The notes under the pieces were generated by a model. The model was not told the DNA's origin and searched no databases. It was given only the letters and a program-made list of their open reading frames with translations. DNA of 64,000 nt, taken from positions 6,473 through 70,472 of the forward strand of contig CALWKF010000006.1 of assembly GCA_944381215.1 (NCBI GenBank), written 5' to 3'. Below are positions 1 through 10,835 of this stretch, one piece after another. Origin of the DNA: an uncultured Clostridia bacterium. Lineage in GTDB: Bacteria > Bacillota > Clostridia > Christensenellales > UBA1242. Numbering within the stretch: position 1 is the stretch's first letter; each line of letters begins with the position of its first letter. Made by a program: the position numbers and the translations under genes.

Positions 1-1
1 T

Positions 2-1162
<1,161 letters not shown>

Positions 1163-1396
1163 AGAGTAGCCAAAATAAATGGCACTTTTTATTTATTAGA
1201 GGTATATAAAATTTACATCAGTTGTATTTTTATTTGATGCACAAATTTTATAAATTATGCTTTTTATTCGAGGTATAATATAAGCATAAGAATTTCGCTT
1301 TTAGGGGTATTAAATTACTAGGCCTTGTGTTTTCAAATAATTATTTACAAATTACTAAAAACGTGGTACACTAAATAAAAAAACTTGTGAGGAATT

Positions 1397-2272
1397 ATGA
1401 ATAGTAGATTTCAAAATTTTGTTTGGGAGCATTGTAACAAAGACAATCTCACCTACTCTGTCGAGCGTTGGAAAAAGGAGTACAATTTAGGAAAAATCGA
1501 CTATGTCGAGATGCAACACAAAATCAATGCCGATTTTTACAACGAGTACCTTGACCACTTTTGCGAAACGAAATTAAAGATTGGGCGCAGACCCAGTCAG
1601 GAGTCGCGCGCGGGGCTTGTGGACATTGAGTTAGTGCAGTGGCTAGCAATTTACAATGAGCAGGAGCGTAGGGCGCAGTTTGTCCCCTTTGTGTTTAACA
1701 ACGACCAAACCAAAATCAAGACCTTGCTCGATAACAAATTGTATGTCCTCTTCCTAAACGAGAGCACTATGCACCAGGAAATTGAGAGGTTAAAAACCAA
1801 GCATTTCAACATCATTTACTCGCAACTTCTGCACGAAAGCGAGCAGGCAAATACAAATATTCGAGGTGCCAGCATTAATAAACGAAGCCTTGAACAATCG
1901 GCGCGCACGAGGGCTGAGTTCGAGGCGAAAAAGGAAATTCGCTCTTTACTTTATGAATCATTAAAGGCCGATTACACGCGCAATCGCCATGTAGACTCTG
2001 CAAAAATTTACGACAGTTTTGCTCTCATGGACTCCTACCCCTTTTACAAGTCTTGTGCTGATAGTCGTGGTTACCGCGGGATGTTGTTAAACAAATATTT
2101 GAAAAATATCGACGGACATTATGTGCTGGACCTAGATTACATTGACACGATCGCAAATGGTATTACTGAACTGGAATCAATCAGTATGATGTACTTCCTC
2201 GAAGAACGCGACCTACAAAATGACCTAATCGCAAAGCAGACCAGCACCTCTAGAAAAATCACCGATTTTTAA
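1397..2272 (+). CDS. hypothetical protein, no recognisable domain
   Basis: 291-aa ORF with a GAGGAA RBS 5 nt upstream of the ATG. An AT-rich promoter region lies upstream and a clean terminator downstream. I recognise no motif. Confidence 0.6.
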   Translation: MNSRFQNFVWEHCNKDNLTYSVERWKKEYNLGKIDYVEMQHKINADFYNEYLDHFCETKLKIGRRPSQESRAGLVDIELVQWLAIYNEQERRAQFVPFVFNNDQTKIKTLLDNKLYVLFLNESTMHQEIERLKTKHFNIIYSQLLHESEQANTNIRGASINKRSLEQSARTRAEFEAKKEIRSLLYESLKADYTRNRHVDSAKIYDSFALMDSYPFYKSCADSRGYRGMLLNKYLKNIDGHYVLDLDYIDTIANGITELESISMMYFLEERDLQNDLIAKQTSTSRKITDF

Positions 2273-2303
2273 TACTATGCAATACTATGCAAAGTACTAT
2301 GCA
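2273..2303. repeat. three tandem copies of the TACTATGCA / AGTACTATGCA motif
   Basis: The sequence aaTACTATGCAaTACTATGCAaAGTACTATGCA starts 1 nt after the stop codon of the 1397..2272 ORF. The same motif recurs at 5395, 11533, 35678 and 52292. Confidence 0.85.
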
Positions 2304-2307
2304 TTAT

Positions 2308-2336
2308 AAAAAACGCGTAAAATACGCGTTTTTTTG
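2308..2336 (+). terminator. rho-independent terminator of the 1397..2272 ORF
   Basis: aaaaaCGCGTAaaaTACGCGttttttt: a GC-cored hairpin followed by a T-run. Confidence 0.75.
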
Positions 2337-2490
2337 TGTTTTTATTTAATTTTTGATAACATTTTTTAATTTTGTCTACAAGTTACCCATTTTTGAAATC
2401 GAATGAATATTTTAATTTTTTAGTAAAACAGGCTATCTTTTTAGGCTTATTTTGCTTTTAAAAAATTGTCTGCTTAGGGGATAAATTTAA

Positions 2491-3819
2491 CTACATCAAT
2501 AAGTTTCCGTCATCCGTTTCAACGACTTTTAGGATGTTAACCTGCTGGCCTGTGGTAGCATTAACATAGATATAATATGTCGAGCCGTCACTGATGCACA
2601 TAAATTCGTAGCATAGAGTTTCACCCACGTAGTCATTTGGAATTACCGCCAATCTAACCGTGCGGACATCAACATCCATAGTGAGTGCTTCCCTCGCCCT
2701 TATCTCATCAACCGCGGGGCTAAGGCTAGAGCGTTCGGTGTGGTTGTAGGCCCAACTTTGCGCTTCCCAACCGACCACTGCGCCAGTGTCGCATGCCACC
2801 TTTACCTTAATCATATCAGGGTAAATTATGACATCATTTTGGACAACACACAGGTTGATATATGCAAAGCCTTCGCTAACAGTACTCCAAACTGCCTCCA
2901 CGTTTTCAAAACCTACATCCTTAGCAAATGTTTCAGCAATCGTGCGACACTCATCCTCGCTCTTTGTAGCACTTCCCGCCTCGTAACCGCTATTTAGTTG
3001 CAACAAAATACCGTCGCGCTTTGTTACCTGTGCGTAATAAGTTTGGTCGCCCTTGGTTAGAGTAAAGTTAAATGTCTCAAACTTTCCATTTGTTTCGCCA
3101 TTTTGAGTTACCTCATAGTCAGGGAACCACCCCTCCACACGATTCAGGGCTTCGGTGGCATTAATTTCGTTCTCGGAAAGGCCTTTTATTTCCTTGTTGG
3201 TAACTGAATCACTAAATGGGCCGTCGTAAATTAGTTGCGGGTACTCGACAATGTCGTTATTCAGTCCGCCAAATTGGTCATTAAAATCGCTGGTGCCGAT
3301 GTTAGGGTCTTTGATATGGTCAACAATTGAATAGTCAGTCGACACAAGCACTACTAAACGATTTAACTCATACTTAATATTTTGACTAGACTCATGCAAG
3401 GATGCTATCTGGTCCATATCATCCATACTAATATCCTCGCCATCAACTAAACTTTGTTGCAAAACAAGACAAAAACCGCTCAATTGGTTTACAAAAGTCG
3501 TGGTATCATTAATTGCGTTGTGCTCGATTGGTAGAGTCGCTATGTTATCTTGGGCCGTGTTTGCTAAGGCCACAATGTTCGCTAAATATTTGCTCTGCAC
3601 ATTTTTATCGGTCGAAACCTGTAATTTACCCAAATCTGACTCGATATTGTTGATATTATCTGTCAATTCATACAAATTGCGTTGATAAACGTATTCAAGT
3701 TGCATTTTATACATTCCTAAGTTGTTTGCTGTGGTTGCCCAACTTACGCCAGCAAAAGTCAGCGCTCCTGCACCCACCACACAACTGAGAACTATTGCAA
3801 CAATCGCTCCTTTTTTCAT
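2491..3819 (-). CDS. ypeB: germination protein YpeB (PepSY-domain protein)
   Basis: 442-aa ORF with an AAGGAG RBS. It has an N-terminal TM anchor, the YpeB-like N-terminal region (YQRNLYELTDNINNIESDL) and C-terminal PepSY-like repeats. It lies immediately downstream of sleB, as in the Bacillus sleB-ypeB operon. Confidence 0.8.
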   Translation of the reverse strand: MKKGAIVAIVLSCVVGAGALTFAGVSWATTANNLGMYKMQLEYVYQRNLYELTDNINNIESDLGKLQVSTDKNVQSKYLANIVALANTAQDNIATLPIEHNAINDTTTFVNQLSGFCLVLQQSLVDGEDISMDDMDQIASLHESSQNIKYELNRLVVLVSTDYSIVDHIKDPNIGTSDFNDQFGGLNNDIVEYPQLIYDGPFSDSVTNKEIKGLSENEINATEALNRVEGWFPDYEVTQNGETNGKFETFNFTLTKGDQTYYAQVTKRDGILLQLNSGYEAGSATKSEDECRTIAETFAKDVGFENVEAVWSTVSEGFAYINLCVVQNDVIIYPDMIKVKVACDTGAVVGWEAQSWAYNHTERSSLSPAVDEIRAREALTMDVDVRTVRLAVIPNDYVGETLCYEFMCISDGSTYYIYVNATTGQQVNILKVVETDDGNLLM

Positions 3820-4044
3820 AAAAAACTCCTTTTAATTATACTTTTTAATAAGAAAATCGATAAAATGTGTAAAAAAACCATTAAAAACAAGCAAAAATAC
3901 ATGAAAAATTAAGTTTTTTGTGCCTTTTTAATTGCAAAAATGCGATTTTTATTAAAAGTAATGCTTTAAAAAATTTAAAATGAATGAAATTTGTTAAAAT
4001 TAAGCGAAAAACATTAAAAATTTATATCTTTTGCTATTATTAAA

Positions 4045-4716
4045 CTAAATCGCAAAATTGTGCTTGCCGATAGTCGTAACAATTGTTCTCGACCATATCC
4101 AACTACTTGTTGCGGTATTTGGGTTGTAGTAATATATTGCGCCGTAAGTTGGATCCCACCCGTTCAACGCATCACGTGCTGCGTTATAGGCGGTTTGATT
4201 AGGCTCGAGATTGATTTGCCCGTCGTTGACACACGTAAAGGCGTACGGCTGATAGATTACGCCATAAATTGTGTTAGGAAAACTGCTACTAGCCACACGA
4301 TTCAAAATTACGGCACCAATAGCCACTTGCCCTACATATGGCTCACCACGTGCTTCGGCATAGATACACTTTGCCAGCAAGTACAAATCATTGCTAGATT
4401 GGGAGCTAAGGTTCATACCAAGTGCTGCCGCGGTTTTACTGCCGACGATTCCGTCGGGGTCGAGCCCGTTATTGCGCTGGAACCACACCACTGCGCTACG
4501 AGTTTGCGGTCCATAAATTCCGTCTACATTTCCCGTATAATATCCCCAGTTTTTGAGTTTTTGCTGGACAGTGCGAATCTGCGAAGTGGTTAGGCCTGTT
4601 TCAATTGCGAGCTCAGTTGTATAAGTGTATGGGTTGAACAAGCCTACAATCCCCACTCCGACAATCGCCATAAGGCAAAGTCCTAAGCCCAGTCCTTTCA
4701 TCAATTTTTTATTCAT
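4045..4716 (-). CDS. sleB: spore cortex-lytic enzyme SleB (PG-binding domain + SleB/CwlJ hydrolase domain)
   Basis: PG_binding_1-like segment (IRTVQQKLKNWGYYTGNVDGIYGPQTRSAVVWFQ) plus a hydrolase block (AKCIYAEARGEPYVGQVAIGAVILNRV...YQPYAFTCV). I moved the start to the ATG at 4716 (MNKKLMKG), which has a GGAGGA RBS 5 nt upstream. Confidence 0.85.
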   Translation of the reverse strand: MNKKLMKGLGLGLCLMAIVGVGIVGLFNPYTYTTELAIETGLTTSQIRTVQQKLKNWGYYTGNVDGIYGPQTRSAVVWFQRNNGLDPDGIVGSKTAAALGMNLSSQSSNDLYLLAKCIYAEARGEPYVGQVAIGAVILNRVASSSFPNTIYGVIYQPYAFTCVNDGQINLEPNQTAYNAARDALNGWDPTYGAIYYYNPNTATSSWIWSRTIVTTIGKHNFAI

Positions 4717-4788
4717 ATTATCCTCCATTTGCATAATTTTTTTATAAAAAACGCGTTTTTTTACTAAAATTACGCACTTTTTATAAAA

Positions 4789-5331
4789 TTAATTAAAAAA
4801 TGACTTAATGATTTCGACTATTTTGGAGCGATAAACGACGCCTTGTGAGCCATCAAGATTAGCATTCACGAAACACAACGGCGGGTAAACAACACACCAC
4901 CAATTATTGCCCGTTCCGCTCCCTAGTTCAACAATCAAACTATCATACTCGCCACTTTCTAGCACGACATCATCATAGCAACGCGTAGGAAATTCCTCGC
5001 GCCTGAGTTCTGCTTTTGCGCCATAATTATAGCCATGTTCTTCCAAAGTTAAACGTGCAACTTCGGTAATATTATCTAAATTTTGCGAAACCAACTGCAT
5101 GGCCTCGGTCTTTGTTGTGGCCTCTGCTAAAATCGGAGTTAAATAATTTACTAGGGCGTCTTTTACTTGATATTTTACCGCTTGGTCAATCGTATCATTG
5201 CTATTTGCTCTTATATGTATTCTTAAAAAACTGTCAGGAGTCAATGTAGGGGCACTCGCACTGCTAAACCCAATTACCCCACCCATAATTACCAAAATTA
5301 CCGAAATCAATATTCCAATTTGTTTTGCCAT
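4789..5331 (-). CDS. spoIIR: stage II sporulation protein R
   Basis: SpoIIR signature RIHIRANSNDTIDQAVKYQVKDALVNYL and C-terminal NWWCVVYPPLCF. I moved the start to the ATG at 5331 (MAKQIG), which has a GAGGTG RBS. The upstream extension in the ORF track is AT-rich leader. Confidence 0.8.
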   Translation of the reverse strand: MAKQIGILISVILVIMGGVIGFSSASAPTLTPDSFLRIHIRANSNDTIDQAVKYQVKDALVNYLTPILAEATTKTEAMQLVSQNLDNITEVARLTLEEHGYNYGAKAELRREEFPTRCYDDVVLESGEYDSLIVELGSGTGNNWWCVVYPPLCFVNANLDGSQGVVYRSKIVEIIKSFFN

Positions 5332-5394
5332 GATATCACCTCGCAAAGAAATATTGACTATTATAAATTTTCTATAACAAAAAATTAAAAAATA

Positions 5395-5428
5395 AGTACT
5401 ATGCAATTAAAAAGTAATGCATAGTACT
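5395..5428. repeat. inverted pair of the AGTACTATGCA motif
   Basis: AGTACTATGCA-12 nt-TGCATAGTACT, an 11-bp perfect inverted repeat located 64-97 nt upstream of the spoIIR start. Confidence 0.85.
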
Positions 5429-5485
5429 ATAAATTTAGTGATTTTTTATATATTTTTCGCCTTTTTTTGATAAAATCAAGGCGGT

Positions 5486-7012
5486 TTAGAGTTTGCGTTC
5501 TCTATAAATAATTATTCGACTTGGGCTAGTGATTGGGAAAATCAAATCGGGATTTTGTGCCATAATCAAATCACCAGAAACATTGAGAGCCTTTGATACT
5601 TGCCATAAGTCTTCTGCTTCGGGGATGACGTAGATGCCAATTGCACTTGAATTTTCCGGTCTCTTTTCGCCAAGGCTGACACTTTGCAAGATTGCGTTTG
5701 TATCAGTTTTTAGTACAGTAGTTTCGATAGCAAGTTCGGCAATGATGTCAATTTCCTTAGATTTTTTATTGCGGGCCTCAATATCGCGCGGAACGATATT
5801 TATGGCAATTATGTCAGTATCAGCATTGCGTTTTAGTGAAATCGTGAATGGCACTTCGGCAAAAACTGATTGGGTCGTGCCTTCATCATCGTCGAGGGTA
5901 TAAACAATATTACAATTCATAATGCCCGAAATCGTAATTTCGCCATTTTCAACTTCACGAGTTTTCTCGATGATATTACCTGCGCAAACCGCCAGCACTC
6001 GATCGATTCGGGGTGAGTCCTCCCCCAGCACAATGCTACCGTCAATTTTTTCAAAACTTAAATCACTAGAAACCAAACTTTGCGACAAAAATGAGGCATA
6101 CTCAGTGTTTAAATTGTAGCGAGGACAGAATGCATCTGCCACCACCTCGACAGTTTTGTTTTGGCGCACAAAAATATTAGAATGTACAGAGTTTTTAAGA
6201 ATTATCGTGCTTTTTGCACTATTTAACTCGCCTTGCACCTCGTATGAAGTCGAGCAAACTTGAATGGTTGCGGAAATAATGTCGGTGGATACTACGTTGT
6301 TGGCTAAAACTTCGTGTGTGAAATTTTGCACAACTCGCTGATTTTTGAGTTTAGGTTGGTCATCAGCACTCAAATAAATAATATTTGTGTAAATTTCCCC
6401 ATTTAGAGAAATTACGTCGTTACCCGCCTCGGCCTTGTTCAAAACGGCCTTACTCTCCACACACAGAATTTGACTAATCGAGGGTGGCAGGTCGGACTCA
6501 ATCTCGATGTCAAAATTTTGCGAGGTGGCAGCAATCAAATCTGAATAGGTTACATTTTCTTTTTTCTGCTCCGCTACGGACACATCCTCGACGTATTTCA
6601 CCTTGTCGGTTTCAATCATAACCGATTTTACTAAAATGTTTGCGGTAAAAGTTACCGCCTGCTCGGATGCCTGCACTGCCGTTACACCGACATTGTGCGC
6701 GGTCGCAAAAATCTCGGTTTCGGGAGTGATTTCGCTGTTCATAATGTGCGTAGTGAAATTTGAGGTGCTCTCTAGGCACGAGTATCCCCCTTCGACTTTT
6801 TCGACTAATACTTTTACGCTCAATTTCCCGTCTACTTGCGCACTGCCCGTGCTGGGAATAATTTGCTCAACGCATGGAGTAACATTTAATGAGACCACGC
6901 GCGAAATAGTACCCTCAGTATTCGCGACCGTCATAACAACTGGGACCGTGTCTTTTCCTAAAAGTTTAATGTACTTTACATCAAAATCTGCGCTCTTTGG
7001 ATCAAATGCCAT
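5486..7012 (-). CDS. DUF3794-like sporulation-associated protein (product uncertain)
   Basis: 508-aa ORF with an AGGAGG RBS. Its repetitive beta-rich organisation and its position next to veg resemble the DUF3794 proteins of Clostridia. The domain assignment is from memory, not a search. Confidence 0.5.
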   Translation of the reverse strand: MAFDPKSADFDVKYIKLLGKDTVPVVMTVANTEGTISRVVSLNVTPCVEQIIPSTGSAQVDGKLSVKVLVEKVEGGYSCLESTSNFTTHIMNSEITPETEIFATAHNVGVTAVQASEQAVTFTANILVKSVMIETDKVKYVEDVSVAEQKKENVTYSDLIAATSQNFDIEIESDLPPSISQILCVESKAVLNKAEAGNDVISLNGEIYTNIIYLSADDQPKLKNQRVVQNFTHEVLANNVVSTDIISATIQVCSTSYEVQGELNSAKSTIILKNSVHSNIFVRQNKTVEVVADAFCPRYNLNTEYASFLSQSLVSSDLSFEKIDGSIVLGEDSPRIDRVLAVCAGNIIEKTREVENGEITISGIMNCNIVYTLDDDEGTTQSVFAEVPFTISLKRNADTDIIAINIVPRDIEARNKKSKEIDIIAELAIETTVLKTDTNAILQSVSLGEKRPENSSAIGIYVIPEAEDLWQVSKALNVSGDLIMAQNPDLIFPITSPSRIIIYRERKL

Positions 7013-7263
7013 TTCGCCCTCCTGAAATTTTCTAACATTAGTGTATTAGGTAGCTTTTAAAAATATGACAAATTTACATCCAAGCCTATTAATATAAACT
7101 TATAATTATTTTAAATATGATTTTTTTATATACTCAAAATTTGGTATATAAAAGGCATTTATATTTAATATTAGTATATAAAATAGAAAGGCTAAAAACT
7201 TTCAATTTAATAAAAAGCGCGTAAAATTAATAAAAAAGAGCAAAAAATACGAAAATTCATTTT

Positions 7264-7506
7264 TTACTCCTTTAAGGCAATTTTAACATCACCGCAAAGC
7301 ACATCGCTGTAACTGTAACTTAGTTTTTCGTTTTTTATGGAATTGGCAAGGCGGACTACAAACACGCTGTTGTAAATATCCTCTAGCACGCCTTCATAGC
7401 GCGTGATTTTTTTACGGCCTTTGTTTACTTCCATTTCGATATTTTTGCCTTTTAGCTTCAAAATTTCAATTTTAACTTGATTTAAATCCATTGTAGGTTT
7501 GCGCAT
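7264..7506 (-). CDS. veg: Veg protein (biofilm/sporulation-associated small DNA-binding protein)
   Basis: 80-aa ORF with a GGGGAG RBS. It has the Veg-like core GRKKITRYEGVLEDIYNSVFVV...SYSYSDVL. Confidence 0.85.
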   Translation of the reverse strand: MRKPTMDLNQVKIEILKLKGKNIEMEVNKGRKKITRYEGVLEDIYNSVFVVRLANSIKNEKLSYSYSDVLCGDVKIALKE

Positions 7507-7690
7507 ATAATACTCCCCTTTCGCAATAAAGTATGCGCAAGAACTAAAATTTTAACCACTTTTTTGCAAATTTTTACCATAATTTAGTAATTTTGTTGTC
7601 AAATACGCAATTTTTTTATAAAAAAGTGCCCTTTTAATTCAATTTTATTATAAATTCATGAAAAAACTCATTATTTTTTTAATTTAATAT

Positions 7691-7718
7691 AAAAAAACGC
7701 ATTTTTTTGCGTTTTTTT
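7691..7718 (-). terminator. palindromic (bidirectional) terminator downstream of the 7911..10487 gene
   Basis: aaaaaaaCGCAtttttttGCGttttttt: the A/T-extended stem has U-runs on both strands. Confidence 0.6.
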
Positions 7719-7910
7719 CAATTTTTTTAGTTATTCATTTTATTTATTAATTTTTGTTAGCATTCGAGAATTTGCTATTTTTATAAATTATTTGAGTTTA
7801 TTTATTAGTTATTTGTATTTGTTGGCTGTTTGTATTATTTTGCAATTTTTATTAGTTATTTGTGTTTTTTGCTAGTTTTTATTAAGTTTTAATGTTATTT
7901 TAGTTATTTT

Positions 7911-10487
7911 TTAGTTAAAGGTTGGGTCAAAGGCGTCGCCCGAGTTGTCGATGTCGGGATTTTTATCGGTTGTGGAGTTGGGAGCGAAGTTTGCGGTAAT
8001 CACCTTGCCGACGATGAGGCTGAACGGAATGTTAGCGGTAGACTTGTACATACTGAGGTCCGTGCCGTCGCTAGCGGTCCAGCCTGTGAAGTGGTAGTCT
8101 GTGCTCGCTACCGCACTCAAATGAATAGTAGTCGCATCGGCGCGGTCGTAACCACTAATACGCACTTCCCCACCTAATGTTGTAGTGGCCAGCACTTCGC
8201 TGGAGATTCCGCCGAAGTCGCCTGTTGGAGTGCTCTCATTAGTTGGGGCAAAACGCGCGATTAACACTCTACCCATAAGGCTTGAGATTGGCATGGTGAT
8301 TACTGGGTCCGTGGAGCCTACACTAGAGCCACTGTCAGTTGTCCAGCCGAGGAAGGCGTATCCAGCGTACGGGGTGGCGGTCGCCGTGATGTTTGTGCCG
8401 TCGCTCCTCATACGAATTTCGCCACCATTTATCGCGTAAATTGCGGGGTCAGTGCCAGCAAAAATGGCGTTTAGGCTAATATTTTCGGTCAAAAAGTCGA
8501 TTGTGTACACGGGGTTTTGGCTAAGCTCCATGCCTGCCGTGTCGGTCCACCATACGAAGTAATTTAGCGCGGTCGAGGGGATTGCGGTTAGCACAACTCT
8601 GTCCCCGTAATTGTACGTGCCCGCACCAGTGACAGAGCCGAGGCTGGGGTCGTTTATTGAGACAGACACATTGTACTGCCGAATTTGCCACACGGCGTAC
8701 AAGGTAACCGTGCCGTTTGCGGTGGAAGTGAGATTTGAGACGCTTTGACCATTTGTGTAGTTTACCGTTTGCGTGTTGGAGCCAGTCTTGGGAGTCGTGC
8801 TCCAGCCGAGAAAGTCGTAACCCTCGTGAGTGGCGGTGGCGGGTCGCTGTGTAAGATTTGCGCTAGTGCCGTAGGTCATGCTTTGATTCGTGCCCACATT
8901 CACAAGGTGGCGGTCACACCACTCCTTGCTCGGCTCGTTCCCCGCCCCGAAAATTTCGGTAAGGTCGAGCATCAAAAAGTCGTCCACCCACAGGGTCCCA
9001 GCCACCCCGCCGTTGTCGAAGTCGATGCGGACAGAGGTCGAGCCTGGAGTCGAGTTGCCTGAACGGCTGGTGCGGAAGCTGTACATATTCCACTGTCCCG
9101 CTGGTCCCATTGGGATGCTTGCGCCCACTGTTGGCTCCTCTTCGGGCCAGTAAAGTTGAGTGCCACCCACTGCTGTGTCTTGGTAGCCCCAATATTGGAA
9201 GTAGAAAATGTGGTCCTTGTTGGCACTAGTTAGGCTCACCCCGCTAGTGGTGTAAACGAGAGATTCGCTAGAGCCAGCATTTCCAGTGATTTGGTAGGCG
9301 TAACTGCCACTGCGGACATGAGTAGTGCTGTAGTTGCCGTTACGCCAGCCCGAGTTTTCAAAGCCCGCCGCCGAACCTACTTTGTTCTCGTAACCGCTCG
9401 AGTTAAAATAAACGGTGTAGCGGTTTGCGGTCCAGTTGGCAGTTAGCTGAATATTTCCGTAAGAGTTGGCGGGGACTCGCAAGGTCGTTCCTGAAATTGT
9501 TGGAGTCGAGCCACCTTTTGTACCGCTTCGAGATAAACTCCAACTGCTGAAAGTGTACCCTGTTCGCGTTGGATTTGAGACCGTATAAGGTTGGGCGCTT
9601 GCGGATACCGTATAACTAGAGGGGTGCGAACTTCCATAACTACCACTATTTAAGGTGTATGAAATTGTGTAACTTCGGCCAGTCCAATTGGCGGTTAGCG
9701 TGATGTTTCCGTTAGTGCTGGCGGGAATGTTTAAGGTCGTGCTGGTGCCCGAAATCGTTGGTAAAGTGCCAGAGTTTTCGCTGTCTGTCCATGAAACTGT
9801 CCAGCCACTAAAGGTGTACCCATTGCGACTGGGGTTGGAAATTATGATGGTTTGCGCGCTAGTGCTGGGAGTATATTCCGCTGGCTGTGTACTCCCTGCA
9901 CTACCGCCATTTAGGTTGTATGTGATTGTTGAGGGGGCAAGAGCCACTAAATTCCCAATTGGAAAGGTTATAGAAACAGATGGCTGACCTACATAATTAT
10001 GGTAATACCCCATTAATAAACCTGAATTTTGTAAACTTGATGAAGTAAATGACCAAGTGTTTTCATTTCTTGAAAAAGTAATATTTGTTGAAACTGCTCT
10101 TGTTGAAAAAGATGAATCTTCCCATGCATATCCAGGCTTTAATTCAACTGTAAAAGTTAAAGAATAGAAATAAAAATAATAATAAAATTCTTGATTCGGA
10201 GGAAGTGGCCATGGCTGGTTAACATATTCTGAACGAACCCACCCATAATATTGTCCACTAATAGAAGTTATTGTACCATAAGTATTATCATATGATACAC
10301 TAGCACTTGGGCGCCCACCAGTAACACCTTGTCGATACATTGAAAGCGTACAACTCGCTGTAGCGGCACTTGTAGGGGTTTTTGACTCGGGAGAATTGAG
10401 GAAGCCAAAAAGGGCGACAATTAACATAATTGCTAAAAAAATGTTAGTGATTAAAAGATATCTTGGTCTAACTCTCAAATTTTTCAT
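7911..10487 (-). CDS. secreted/surface protein with Listeria-Bacteroides (Flg_new-type) repeats, a CBM-like beta-sandwich and divergent InlB B-repeats
   Basis: 858-aa ORF starting at an ATG with an AAGAGGT RBS, and an N-terminal signal/anchor (YLLITNIFLAIMLIVALFGFL). Repeat units end in GYTFSGW, GYTFSSW and GYDFLGW. A central segment reads LWVDDFLMLDLTEIFGAGNEP. C-terminal units contain NYFVWW, GYAFLGW and YHFTGW. I see no LPXTG or SLH anchor. Confidence 0.8.
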   Translation of the reverse strand: MKNLRVRPRYLLITNIFLAIMLIVALFGFLNSPESKTPTSAATASCTLSMYRQGVTGGRPSASVSYDNTYGTITSISGQYYGWVRSEYVNQPWPLPPNQEFYYYFYFYSLTFTVELKPGYAWEDSSFSTRAVSTNITFSRNENTWSFTSSSLQNSGLLMGYYHNYVGQPSVSITFPIGNLVALAPSTITYNLNGGSAGSTQPAEYTPSTSAQTIIISNPSRNGYTFSGWTVSWTDSENSGTLPTISGTSTTLNIPASTNGNITLTANWTGRSYTISYTLNSGSYGSSHPSSYTVSASAQPYTVSNPTRTGYTFSSWSLSRSGTKGGSTPTISGTTLRVPANSYGNIQLTANWTANRYTVYFNSSGYENKVGSAAGFENSGWRNGNYSTTHVRSGSYAYQITGNAGSSESLVYTTSGVSLTSANKDHIFYFQYWGYQDTAVGGTQLYWPEEEPTVGASIPMGPAGQWNMYSFRTSRSGNSTPGSTSVRIDFDNGGVAGTLWVDDFLMLDLTEIFGAGNEPSKEWCDRHLVNVGTNQSMTYGTSANLTQRPATATHEGYDFLGWSTTPKTGSNTQTVNYTNGQSVSNLTSTANGTVTLYAVWQIRQYNVSVSINDPSLGSVTGAGTYNYGDRVVLTAIPSTALNYFVWWTDTAGMELSQNPVYTIDFLTENISLNAIFAGTDPAIYAINGGEIRMRSDGTNITATATPYAGYAFLGWTTDSGSSVGSTDPVITMPISSLMGRVLIARFAPTNESTPTGDFGGISSEVLATTTLGGEVRISGYDRADATTIHLSAVASTDYHFTGWTASDGTDLSMYKSTANIPFSLIVGKVITANFAPNSTTDKNPDIDNSGDAFDPTFN

Positions 10488-10769
10488 ATAATCATACCTC
10501 TTTTTGTAATTATACTAAATTAAAATATTATTGAATATATTAATACAATTTTGTATCAACATTTTTACTGACAAAATATGTAATTTTACCACACATTTAT
10601 TTTTATATAAATAATAACAAATATGTATTTGTAGTGGTTTTAGAGCGGTTTTTGTAAAATAAACGAACACTTCCCCACACAAAATACCACTTAAATTATA
10701 TAATTCTACTATATAAAAGTCAACTATATGCCTTATATTTATATACTTTATATAAAATAAATATATTTT

Positions 10770-10796
10770 AGTAGCGCCAATGGCGTACTATTTTTT
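10770..10796 (+). promoter_or_regulatory. imperfect palindrome/hairpin plus T-run 40 nt upstream of the first XRE gene (operator or attenuator candidate)
   Basis: AGTAGCGCCAaTGGCGTACT, with one bulged G, followed by attttttg. Confidence 0.4.
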
Positions 10797-10835
10797 GAAA
10801 AAATATTAAAATTATATAAAAAGGTGGTAATTATA

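Noticed and set aside
4060-4593. Long antisense ORFs opposite well-supported genes (4060..4593, 20993..21598, 27996..28544, 43849..44346, 46584..47189, 59319..60092 and many shorter ones)
   Set aside because: Each lies fully inside, or mostly inside, a gene with strong motif evidence on the other strand. They have no RBS and a low-complexity or odd composition driven by the sense-strand codon bias.
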